From IMG/VR virus record IMGVR_UViG_3300006143_000002: a stretch of 31,037 nt of DNA. One strand, 5' to 3'. Position 1 is the stretch's first letter. Each line of letters begins with the position of its first letter. Source of the stretch: a virus. Taxonomy: Duplodnaviria > Heunggongvirae > Uroviricota > Caudoviricetes. The notes beneath the pieces are model-generated. The model searched no databases. It worked only from the letters and a program-made list of their open reading frames with translations, and had not been told where the DNA came from. Shown here piece after piece: positions 1-8,138 of the stretch. The position numbers and the translations under genes were made by a program.

Positions 1-2
1 GT

Positions 3-536
3 ATGACGATAAAACAATTAAGTATTGCACTTGATTTCGGATATGATACTGTCAGAGATTACTTACGCAGTATAAAAGCAAATACAAATCCAAGAAAGGC
101 AACACAGGAAGACATAAAATATATATGTAAGTTATATACTAAAGAAAATAAATCAATACAAGATATTCATAAAATTACCAATAAAAGTTCGTCATATATT
201 AGTAGAATATTACACAGTAATCATATTAATGTATTAAAAAGAAGGAAAAAATCTATTAATGATGATGAGGTATGCTTATTATATAAAAAACTCAAATCAT
301 ACACTAAGGTTGCACAAAAATTACATTGCAACAGGGAATTAGTTAAATTAATATTAAATAACAATAATATAGAGATGAAAAAATCACACTCTAAACTAGA
401 CCTAGACGAAGATTCTATATGTAGTGATTATTTAAGAATTAAAAGTGCTGAAAAGGTTGGTGATTTATATAATATTTCAGGAACAACAGTAAGAAGAGTA
501 TTAGACAGAAATAATGTAAAAGCATACACTAAATAA
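3..536 (+). CDS. Tandem helix-turn-helix repeat protein (possibly 5'-truncated by the window edge)
   Basis: Four ~45-aa units, each with an HTH-like pattern (TIKQLSIALDFGYDTVRDYL; SIQDIHKITNKSSSYISRIL; SYTKVAQKLHCNRELVKLIL; SAEKVGDLYNISGTTVRRVL). Confidence 0.7.
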   Translation: MTIKQLSIALDFGYDTVRDYLRSIKANTNPRKATQEDIKYICKLYTKENKSIQDIHKITNKSSSYISRILHSNHINVLKRRKKSINDDEVCLLYKKLKSYTKVAQKLHCNRELVKLILNNNNIEMKKSHSKLDLDEDSICSDYLRIKSAEKVGDLYNISGTTVRRVLDRNNVKAYTK

Positions 537-561
537 TAATTATAGTTAGGGAGGTTTATAT

Positions 562-834
562 ATGAAATTTTGTTTTGGGGATATGGTTGTAGTAGAAGGA
601 AATTTAATAGGTGTTATAGTTAAATCTTGGATTAGGAATAATAAAGAAATAGTATATGAAGTATATGTTCGTTCTTATAATGAAATAAAAGAATATAAAG
701 AAGATGATATACAAAGATATATGGTAAGACATAAAGAATTAAGTGAAGAAGAATTAGAATATCAAGAAGAAACATATAATCCATTCATTACAGAAAAAGA
801 TATAAAAGAATTTTTTGGAAATCTAAACTTATAA
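562..834 (+). CDS. Hypothetical phage protein, SH3/KOW-like N-terminus
   Basis: GGGAGG RBS; MKFCFGDMVVV...GVIV pattern typical of small beta-barrel phage proteins. Confidence 0.65.
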   Translation: MKFCFGDMVVVEGNLIGVIVKSWIRNNKEIVYEVYVRSYNEIKEYKEDDIQRYMVRHKELSEEELEYQEETYNPFITEKDIKEFFGNLNL

Positions 835-849
835 AAATTTCAAAAACCC

Positions 850-901
850 TTGACATATTTTAAAACTTATAGTATAATTATAACATAGTAAGTAAATAAT
901 A
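850..901 (+). promoter_or_regulatory. Conserved sigmaA/sigma70-consensus (putative early) promoter, copy 1
   Basis: TTGACA (850-855), 17-bp spacer TATTTTAAAACTTATAG, TATAAT (873-878), then AGTAAATAATA (891-901); A-tracts upstream; intergenic. Confidence 0.92.
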
Positions 902-924
902 AATATGAAAGAGAGGATTTTATT

Positions 925-1272
925 ATGAAAGATTTATTTGATTTAAAAATAGAATTAAAAGGTGAATTTGGGACAACTTTAAAACTTACATGCGAAGATA
1001 CTAGAACAGGAAATTCAATTATGTTTGCACATGAATATAAAAATAAAGGATTTTCAATGCCTATAAACAGATTTATACCAAAAACAATAATTTATGATAC
1101 AATGTCATATTATATAGTAGACTATACTAAAGTATGTAGATTAGGCACACGAGATGTAATAGATGGAGAAGAATTAAAAAGAATAAAAGATTTTATAGAA
1201 GATATAGAAAATACTTTATCCCAATCTAAATTTATAGGATTATTAGGTTTACATGAACCTAAAAGAATGTAG
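925..1272 (+). CDS. Hypothetical protein
   Basis: 115-aa ORF with GAGAGG RBS directly downstream of promoter copy 1. Confidence 0.75.
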   Translation: MKDLFDLKIELKGEFGTTLKLTCEDTRTGNSIMFAHEYKNKGFSMPINRFIPKTIIYDTMSYYIVDYTKVCRLGTRDVIDGEELKRIKDFIEDIENTLSQSKFIGLLGLHEPKRM

Positions 1273-1284
1273 GAGGTATTAATT

Positions 1285-1746
1285 ATGAATAATGTTTTTG
1301 AAAAACTAATTGAAGATGATGTAAAGTTCTATTCTGATAATTTAATACATTGGTTAGTAACAATAAATTGCATTAGAAAATCTACAAATATTGCATCTAA
1401 ATTAGAAAAAGGATTACAGTATTCTCCTGTTGGTGATATTTATATAGATGCTGGTTCTAATGAGAATATTGAAATACAAACAGAAATATGGTCAACTTCT
1501 GAAAGTAAAGAATTTTTAGATACTGCACTTAATATGATTAAAAATGATTTAAAATTAAGTTTACCTAGAGCTTTCAAAGATGAGTATATTATAAAAGTAA
1601 ATAAAGATGATATTGAAAAAGAATATGTAGATATAGATGATTTAGGAGATATGACTATAAAAGAATATAATAATCTATACAGATGTTTAAAACATGAAAC
1701 AGATTATTTTAATAGTAAGCGAGGTGTAAGTAGCGATGAATGTTAA
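1285..1746 (+). CDS. Hypothetical protein
   Basis: 153-aa ORF with AGGAGGT RBS. Confidence 0.75.
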   Translation: MNNVFEKLIEDDVKFYSDNLIHWLVTINCIRKSTNIASKLEKGLQYSPVGDIYIDAGSNENIEIQTEIWSTSESKEFLDTALNMIKNDLKLSLPRAFKDEYIIKVNKDDIEKEYVDIDDLGDMTIKEYNNLYRCLKHETDYFNSKRGVSSDEC

Positions 1747-2728
1747 ACCTAGTAAAATATCAAATAAAAATTTAATTAAATCTGCATTATTGCAAATTGA
1801 AGAAGAAACTGATTTTCATATTATAGATGTGGAATTTGGTGATACATATTTTTTCTTTAAAGGACCTAAAGACAGCATTTGTCATTTCCATATTAAAGAG
1901 ATACCTGGATTTAAGTTTGCATTCTGGAATACTAAAAGATTTGATAGCTTGAAAGAGGCATTAGAAAGTAATAATACATTATGGTCAGATTCTTATAGAA
2001 TATCTTCAGAATCTGAACTTGTATTCTTTACTCAATATGAAAGAAATATAGATAAGTTTAAACCTTCTTATTCTAGTTTTTTACAAGGTGCATATAGACA
2101 GGCATGGTATGAAATAAATTCTAATAATAAAAGAATTAAAAAAGAAGAATGGTATTTAGATGATATACCAGATATATTAAAATTCATACACAAGCATCCT
2201 ATAAAATCATATATCTATTCTGGTTATGGTAAAGATAAGATATATTATGAAGTATCTAATTTTAGAGCATTAAGAATATATATCAAAGATTTAAAATATC
2301 ATATCCAATCTAGTTTAAAACAATGGTTTGAATTGAAATATCATATATCAATAGCAAAGAAACTTGTTAAAAAGTTGAAAACAATGGATTATATAGTAAT
2401 AGAACGTGATGGTTGGAGTCCAAAAATAGAAGTTAGACTTGCAGTACAAAAAGGAGCTAGTTCAGAAGATTTTGAAAAAGATGTTAATATCATTGACAAG
2501 TTTGATGATAAATATTTTAATAAAATATCTATTGAAACTTGGTTTGAATGTTTAATCTCTGACCCAACTACTTCTAAAGAAGAAAACAAAAAGAATAATG
2601 ATTTAATTAAAAGATTTTATCAATATATAAATAAAATACAGAAAATTATAAATGGTAAATCTAAAGAAACATTAGATGATTATTCAATAAAAAGAATTGT
2701 TGAATTAAATATAAAGGAGGATAAATAG
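1736..2728 (+). CDS. Hypothetical protein
   Basis: 330-aa ORF, GAGGTG RBS, overlaps the upstream gene; no motif recognised. Confidence 0.75.
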   Translation: MNVKPSKISNKNLIKSALLQIEEETDFHIIDVEFGDTYFFFKGPKDSICHFHIKEIPGFKFAFWNTKRFDSLKEALESNNTLWSDSYRISSESELVFFTQYERNIDKFKPSYSSFLQGAYRQAWYEINSNNKRIKKEEWYLDDIPDILKFIHKHPIKSYIYSGYGKDKIYYEVSNFRALRIYIKDLKYHIQSSLKQWFELKYHISIAKKLVKKLKTMDYIVIERDGWSPKIEVRLAVQKGASSEDFEKDVNIIDKFDDKYFNKISIETWFECLISDPTTSKEENKKNNDLIKRFYQYINKIQKIINGKSKETLDDYSIKRIVELNIKEDK

Positions 2729-2953
2729 ATGCAAAAACAACAACCTAAATCTGATTGTTTTGCTTTTGAACAAAAAGCTAAGTCAGTAGATTGTGCTTGT
2801 CTTAAACAATTATATTGTACTAAAGAAAAGTGTAATTTCTACATGACAAATGAACAATACATAGAAAAGAATGGTGAAACATATCAGCAAACAATATTCA
2901 ATCTTAATAATTATTTAAAGGGAACTAAATCCTTTGAAGGAGAAAGTGATTAA
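2729..2953 (+). CDS. Small Cys-rich hypothetical protein
   Basis: AGGAGG RBS; DCFA...CACLKQLYC...CNFY pattern, possible metal binding. Confidence 0.7.
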   Translation: MQKQQPKSDCFAFEQKAKSVDCACLKQLYCTKEKCNFYMTNEQYIEKNGETYQQTIFNLNNYLKGTKSFEGESD

Positions 2954-2955
2954 AA

Positions 2956-3432
2956 ATGAGCTATCAATTTGGTGCAACTATTAATAGAGATGTATATATA
3001 AATGATAAAGTATCTGGTAAATTCAAAGTATTTAAAGGAGAACATGTATTATTATTTAATAATGAATATAAAACTAAACATCACACATCACAACTTGTTA
3101 GATATAGAAATAATAAACATATACATATTAAAACAGAATATTTAGATTTTGATATACCAAGAAAATTATATATACTTAGCAATAGCAATGATGGAACTAA
3201 AGATATAAATGGTGAATATATGCTAATAGATGATTATGGTGTTATATTATATCAACAACATTGTTCTGCTAAAAAGTTTGCTAAGAAAGATTTAATTATA
3301 GGAAGCTCTGAAAGATTGAAAAGTTGTTCCAAAAGGTATGGTGGAAACTATAAAATACTATTTTTAGGAGAAGATGAGATGACTGCTGAGAAAATATTAC
3401 AAATATATAGAGATTATCATTCAAAAGAATAA
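2956..3432 (+). CDS. Hypothetical protein
   Basis: 158-aa ORF tightly packed in the operon. Confidence 0.7.
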   Translation: MSYQFGATINRDVYINDKVSGKFKVFKGEHVLLFNNEYKTKHHTSQLVRYRNNKHIHIKTEYLDFDIPRKLYILSNSNDGTKDINGEYMLIDDYGVILYQQHCSAKKFAKKDLIIGSSERLKSCSKRYGGNYKILFLGEDEMTAEKILQIYRDYHSKE

Positions 3433-3451
3433 AGAAAAGAGGATATTAAAT

Positions 3452-3691
3452 ATGAACATTTTAGTCATAGTTCTAATTTGTGTTTCTATATTCTTATTAA
3501 TACTTTATGTCAAAAGTGATATAAAGTATGATAAACTTTCAAAAGAATTTAGTACATATAAAAGAAATAGATATAGAGATAGTAACAAAATAGTTATGTT
3601 AGAATACTATTTAAGAAATTATAAAGAAAGTGATGGTAATATCTATACATTAGTTAGAAATCTTCATGACCTTATATATAATAATGATTAA
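3452..3691 (+). CDS. Small membrane-anchored hypothetical protein
   Basis: N-terminal hydrophobic helix ILVIVLICVSIFLLILYV; GAGGA RBS. Confidence 0.7.
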   Translation: MNILVIVLICVSIFLLILYVKSDIKYDKLSKEFSTYKRNRYRDSNKIVMLEYYLRNYKESDGNIYTLVRNLHDLIYNND

Positions 3692-3696
3692 AAAAT

Positions 3697-3724
3697 AAAC
3701 ACATACATTTAAGTATGTGTTTTT
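3697..3724. terminator. Probable bidirectional intrinsic terminator
   Basis: AAACACATAC-loop-GTATGTGTTT hairpin with A/T tracts on both sides, between convergent genes. Confidence 0.85.
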
Positions 3725-3732
3725 GTAATTTA

Positions 3733-3930
3733 TTATCTATAAATTTCTTCAATTATAAGTTCATCTACATTTAATATCTTTTTAAGGTTTTCTATATTTA
3801 AAAATTCTTCAATATTATCATTATTTATTATTTTAGTAATTCCTTCCATATTAACAACTGCAACTTCTTTATGCTGTTCATTATAAAATGTGTACTTAAA
3901 TAAACCATCTCTTTTAATTTCTTTTTCCAT
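3733..3930 (-). CDS. Hypothetical protein
   Basis: 65-aa ORF, GAGAGGT RBS, preceded by the 17-bp motif. Confidence 0.7.
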   Translation of the reverse strand: MEKEIKRDGLFKYTFYNEQHKEVAVVNMEGITKIINNDNIEEFLNIENLKKILNVDELIIEEIYR

Positions 3931-3962
3931 AGTAATACCTCTCTTTTTAAATATATTCTACC

Positions 3963-3979
3963 CCTCATTAATATTTTAC
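3963..3979 (-). promoter_or_regulatory. 17-bp motif GTAAAATATTAATGAGG (putative late promoter), copy 1
   Basis: Exact copy, 33 bp upstream of a minus-strand start; overlaps the stop codon of the previous gene. Confidence 0.75.
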
Positions 3980-4362
3980 AACTTCTTATAATCCCCTTCT
4001 GTTAATTGCCTTAATAATATTTGTAATCCTTCATAAGCACCAATATATCCCCATAACTCTCCTATTGGATACATATAATCATCTGTTTCTTTATTTTTAG
4101 TAATACTTATAAGATTTGTTAAATCAACACATCTTTCTTTAATATGATTTAAAGCATCATCTAATTCTAATTTATTACTTTCTACATATCTTTTTTGTAC
4201 TTTATATTCTTTTATTGCAAAATCTCTAGCTCTTTGTAAATGTTCCTCTAAAACTACTCTATATCCAGGTCTGTGATTTATATCATAATCTTTTAATAAA
4301 TCTAACTTTTCAGATGTTATTCTTCTACAAATTGCTAAATTAGCTTCATCTAAATCTAACAT
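3976..4362 (-). CDS. Hypothetical protein
   Basis: 128-aa ORF, GGGGTG RBS. Confidence 0.7.
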   Translation of the reverse strand: MLDLDEANLAICRRITSEKLDLLKDYDINHRPGYRVVLEEHLQRARDFAIKEYKVQKRYVESNKLELDDALNHIKERCVDLTNLISITKNKETDDYMYPIGELWGYIGAYEGLQILLRQLTEGDYKKL

Positions 4363-4380
4363 ATTATCACCCCATTCTTA

Positions 4381-4671
4381 CTAATTTATGAGAGAATTTA
4401 TTTCTTCTAGTATTCCATCTATCTTATTTATAATATCATCCGTATTTATATATTCTTCTGTATTATCTGTATTATATTCTTTTAATGCTCTTCCATCTTT
4501 AAATACAATTTCATTATCTTTAACTACAATTATATTAGTATATCCTTTATATAAATTTCTTCTTAAATTGGCTAGTTCATATAATGCTGTTACTAATTTA
4601 TGCCTATTTACAATTATGTTTATATCATCTCTATCTTCAAACTCATCAAATTCAAATATTGTTTTTGCCAC
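4381..4671 (-). CDS. Hypothetical protein
   Basis: ORF track gives 4381..4680; GTG at 4671 is better spaced from the GGGGTG RBS. Confidence 0.65.
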   Translation of the reverse strand: MAKTIFEFDEFEDRDDINIIVNRHKLVTALYELANLRRNLYKGYTNIIVVKDNEIVFKDGRALKEYNTDNTEEYINTDDIINKIDGILEEINSLIN

Positions 4672-4682
4672 TATTATCACCC

Positions 4683-5351
4683 CTATTTCATTATTTTAAT
4701 TTCTGCATACCATTCTTTTGGGAAATCTTCATCATAAGGTATTGTATCAAATATTTCAGGCATATCTTCTTTGAATTTAAGTAATAATGGAATTAGTAAC
4801 TGTCTTATTTCTGGATGTACTTTATTACTACATCTTAATTCTAATACATGTTTCCACTCTCTAATATTGCATGTCATACAAACTTCAGCAGCTACACTAT
4901 GTGGAAGCATTGTTCTACATTGGTCTGGTGTTGCTTTGTTATTTGCCATTACCATATAAAAAGTTTCTATATTTTTCATACATTCTAACCAACAAGCATA
5001 ATTATTTGGGTCTGTGATATATACTGGATTTATAAATTTAATATTATTATCAAATTTATCTTTAGAATAATTACAATATCTTGTACTCTCTATTGAGAAA
5101 GATGCACCTGCTCTATGCCTAGTTAAATCTTTATATGTATTTATAGAACATAGCATTCTAACTGTTATTTTCTCATGTTCTAATACACTTTCATGTCCTC
5201 TATTAATACAATTTTTTAATAAATTTTGATAACTTGTATCTGTTATTTTATCTTCACTTCTGTAACAAGTTCTACAAGCTCTTTCTATATTTTTCATAAT
5301 TTGAATGCCATCATATTTCTCAACTTCTATAACAGGGTCTAATAATTTCAT
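4683..5351 (-). CDS. thyX: Flavin-dependent thymidylate synthase
   Basis: GHESVLEH and RHRAGASFSIESTRY (ThyX RHR-x7/8-S-x-R signature), plus NIREWKHVLELRC...HPEIR. Confidence 0.95.
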   Translation of the reverse strand: MKLLDPVIEVEKYDGIQIMKNIERACRTCYRSEDKITDTSYQNLLKNCINRGHESVLEHEKITVRMLCSINTYKDLTRHRAGASFSIESTRYCNYSKDKFDNNIKFINPVYITDPNNYACWLECMKNIETFYMVMANNKATPDQCRTMLPHSVAAEVCMTCNIREWKHVLELRCSNKVHPEIRQLLIPLLLKFKEDMPEIFDTIPYDEDFPKEWYAEIKIMK

Positions 5352-5364
5352 AAAATACCTCCAA

Positions 5365-5574
5365 CTACCATAGTTTCCATATTATCCATATAATACAGAT
5401 TACTACTAATAACTTTTCTATTATTTGTTTAACTATAAAACTTGTTTTATAACCACCTAATACTTCTAATATTGAAACTACATTCTTATTTGTAAGTTCT
5501 GTAATTTTCCATCTAATTAAGTCTAATAAAGATAAACAACCAAATACTAGGATTAAAAGTTCATAAAATTCCAT
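5365..5574 (-). CDS. Small protein with two predicted transmembrane segments
   Basis: Hydrophobic segments at both termini; GGAGGT RBS. Confidence 0.7.
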   Translation of the reverse strand: MEFYELLILVFGCLSLLDLIRWKITELTNKNVVSILEVLGGYKTSFIVKQIIEKLLVVICIIWIIWKLW

Positions 5575-5578
5575 CTTT

Positions 5579-5758
5579 CTACCTCCATAATATAGATATA
5601 AATAATGCCCAAAATCCAGATGTTGCCATTATAGAATAAAATAATAATTTAGGTAATTCTGTATGACTACCATCTTTCACCTTTTTATAATAATGTATTG
5701 TTTCTGTTATACCTAATATTAATAACCCTAATGCACATATTTTGATTTTCCAGTCCAT
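5579..5758 (-). CDS. Small two-TM protein (59 aa, absent from the ORF track)
   Basis: Manual translation MDWKIKICALGLLILGITETIHYYKKVKDGSHTELPKLLFYSIMATSGFWALFISILWR*; GGAGGT RBS; fills the gap between neighbours. Confidence 0.75.
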   Translation of the reverse strand: MDWKIKICALGLLILGITETIHYYKKVKDGSHTELPKLLFYSIMATSGFWALFISILWR

Positions 5759-5832
5759 TTTTCCTACCTCCTATAAACTTATATTACTTTTATTTTAAAT
5801 TGCCTAGAAATTTATTCTGGTTACAAAGCGAC

Positions 5833-6321
5833 CTATTTTATTTCAACTATTCTATTAGTTTTAATTGTAGATTTTACATCTATTACTCTTTGATTTTCAG
5901 AACCTCTCCATTGTAACTTTGGATTTCTACATTCTTCTTTAAATTGTCCGTCTACTAAAACATCTATGTACTGTAATACTTTACTATTCCTTATATTTTC
6001 AAATTGAAAACCAGTCCATACCCATATATTTTTATCAATAAATTTCTTTTTAAATGCTTCTGCTAATTGTGTAGTTCCTTCTATATTTCTTGGATGTAAT
6101 GGTTCTCCTCCTAATATAGATAGCCCTGCAATTTCTGGTTTGTCACATAATTCTATTACTTTTTGTATAGTTTCTCCACAAAATTCTAAACCATTATCAA
6201 AATCCCAAGTTTCAGGATTAAAACAATTTTTACAATGAAATGCACAACCTTGCATGAAGATAGATACCCTAACTCCAGGTCCATTTGATATATCCATTTT
6301 TCTAATTTTATTGTAATTCAA
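5833..6321 (-). CDS. nrdG: Anaerobic ribonucleotide reductase activating enzyme (radical SAM)
   Basis: NGPGVRVSIFMQGCAFHCKNCFN (CxxxCxxC), GLSILGGEP, DVLVDG, RGSENQRVID. Confidence 0.96.
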   Translation of the reverse strand: MNYNKIRKMDISNGPGVRVSIFMQGCAFHCKNCFNPETWDFDNGLEFCGETIQKVIELCDKPEIAGLSILGGEPLHPRNIEGTTQLAEAFKKKFIDKNIWVWTGFQFENIRNSKVLQYIDVLVDGQFKEECRNPKLQWRGSENQRVIDVKSTIKTNRIVEIK

Positions 6322-6333
6322 TTAAAATACCCC

Positions 6334-6606
6334 CTAATCAATAATAATATGTTCTATATAAAGAATTACAGGAGCATTATTCCCTAAATAAGGTAATGCT
6401 CTTATAATATTATACTCAATGTATTCTTGTGCTTCTATTGTTGTCATTCCATCTCTGTCTTTTAAATTATTTATCATTTTATCAAAACTATAAATAACTT
6501 TATTATCTTGAGATAATCCAAGTATTGTACTTTCATCAAAACCATCTATTATAGGGATTTGTAAATCTCTAAGCTCTGCATATTTTTGAATATCTGATAT
6601 CTTCAT
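6334..6606 (-). CDS. Conserved phage hypothetical protein
   Basis: DGFDESTILG...DGMTTIEAQEYIEYN pattern; start moved to ATG 6606 behind a GGAGA RBS. Confidence 0.7.
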   Translation of the reverse strand: MKISDIQKYAELRDLQIPIIDGFDESTILGLSQDNKVIYSFDKMINNLKDRDGMTTIEAQEYIEYNIIRALPYLGNNAPVILYIEHIIID

Positions 6607-6607
6607 A

Positions 6608-7843
6608 TTATTCTCCTTTAACATTTAGATTTTTTACTAGATTTTTAAAGTTTTCTATATTTACTGGAAGATTTGAAGCAATACCTAATAAATAAGCAAC
6701 TATTATTTCTGCAAGTATTGTAAATTGTTCTTCTTTCCAACCTTTAGTAGTCATTGCAGCTGTTCCAATTCTAACTCCACTTGATTTTAAAGGTGGTAAT
6801 GGGTCTTTCCATATTTGATTTTTATTTACAGTTATATTTATTTTATCTAATGCTTCCTCAACCTGTTGTCCTGTAAGTCCTATTGAATGGAAAGTATCTA
6901 ATATGAACATGTGATTGTCTGTTCCATTTGATATTACCTTCCAACCTAAATCTATAAATTTAGTTGCAAATGCTTTAGAATTTTCAATTACTTGGTTAAT
7001 ATAATCTCTAAATTCAGATTGCATTGCTTCTTCAAAACAAATACCTTTTGCAGCAATTATATGCTCTAATGGTCCACCTTGTATGCCAGGAAATACAGTT
7101 CTGTTTATCTTTTTTATCATTTCTTCATTATTTGTTAGAATAAGTCCACCTCTTGGTCCTCTTAATGTTTTGTGTGTAGTGCTTGTTACAACATCAGCCC
7201 ATGGGAATGGAGATGGGTGTAACCCAGCAGCAATTAAACCAGCTACATGAGCCATATCTACCATATATAGTGGTTTTTCTGCACCAGTACTATTTACATA
7301 GTCTTCTATAATTCTTCCAATTCTTTCATAGTCAATTATTCTTGAATATGAGCTTGCTCCCACAAGTACCATATCTGCACCATACTTAAATAATTTATTT
7401 TCTAAATCTTCATAATCAAGTATTCCATCATCTGTTAAACCATAAGAAATTATATTATAATCTTGTCCTGAGAAACTCATTTTATGTCCATGGCTTAGAT
7501 GCCCTCCAGCACCCAAGTTCATAGACAATACATTGTCATTTGGTTTAAGAAATGCTCTATATATTGCTTGATTAGCACTACTACCACAATGTGGTTGAAC
7601 ATTTGCATATTTACAATTAAATAGTTTGCAAGCATCCTCTATTGCTTTTGTTTCTATCATATCTATATATTGACAACCACCATAATACCTTTTTCTAGAA
7701 TAACCTTCAGCATATTTATTAGTTAATATACTTCCACATGCTTCTCTTATTCTACTACTACAAAAATTTTCACTTGCAATAAGTTCTATATTGTCATTTT
7801 GTCTTTGTTGTTCTAATTGAATTAAATCTTCATAACTACTCAT
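6608..7843 (-). CDS. glyA: Serine hydroxymethyltransferase
   Basis: LIASENF, NKYAEGY..RYYGG, GGHLSHG, DMAHVAGL, and the PLP-lysine motif TTHKTLRGPRGG. Confidence 0.97.
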   Translation of the reverse strand: MSSYEDLIQLEQQRQNDNIELIASENFCSSRIREACGSILTNKYAEGYSRKRYYGGCQYIDMIETKAIEDACKLFNCKYANVQPHCGSSANQAIYRAFLKPNDNVLSMNLGAGGHLSHGHKMSFSGQDYNIISYGLTDDGILDYEDLENKLFKYGADMVLVGASSYSRIIDYERIGRIIEDYVNSTGAEKPLYMVDMAHVAGLIAAGLHPSPFPWADVVTSTTHKTLRGPRGGLILTNNEEMIKKINRTVFPGIQGGPLEHIIAAKGICFEEAMQSEFRDYINQVIENSKAFATKFIDLGWKVISNGTDNHMFILDTFHSIGLTGQQVEEALDKINITVNKNQIWKDPLPPLKSSGVRIGTAAMTTKGWKEEQFTILAEIIVAYLLGIASNLPVNIENFKNLVKNLNVKGE

Positions 7844-7855
7844 ACTATTTACTCC

Positions 7856-8119
7856 TTATTCACTAAATTTTATAAAATTTGTTATAGATTCTCTATGATA
7901 TATGTTATATCTCTTTTTAAGATAATCTATAAATTCACTTTCAGTTATAACATTAAATATATAGAGTTCCCTATAATCTTTACTGTGGTTCTTTTCTATT
8001 GTCTGCATTAGTTCCCATACATCTATTTCTCCATTACTTGGAATATATTGACTTATATCTATTGTATCTAAAAACTCAAATTCTTCATTTTGTAATTTAA
8101 TTACTTCTTTCCAATTCAT
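7856..8119 (-). CDS. Hypothetical protein
   Basis: 87-aa ORF, AAGGAG RBS. Confidence 0.7.
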   Translation of the reverse strand: MNWKEVIKLQNEEFEFLDTIDISQYIPSNGEIDVWELMQTIEKNHSKDYRELYIFNVITESEFIDYLKKRYNIYHRESITNFIKFSE

Positions 8120-8138
8120 AAAATATTCTCCTTTAAAA

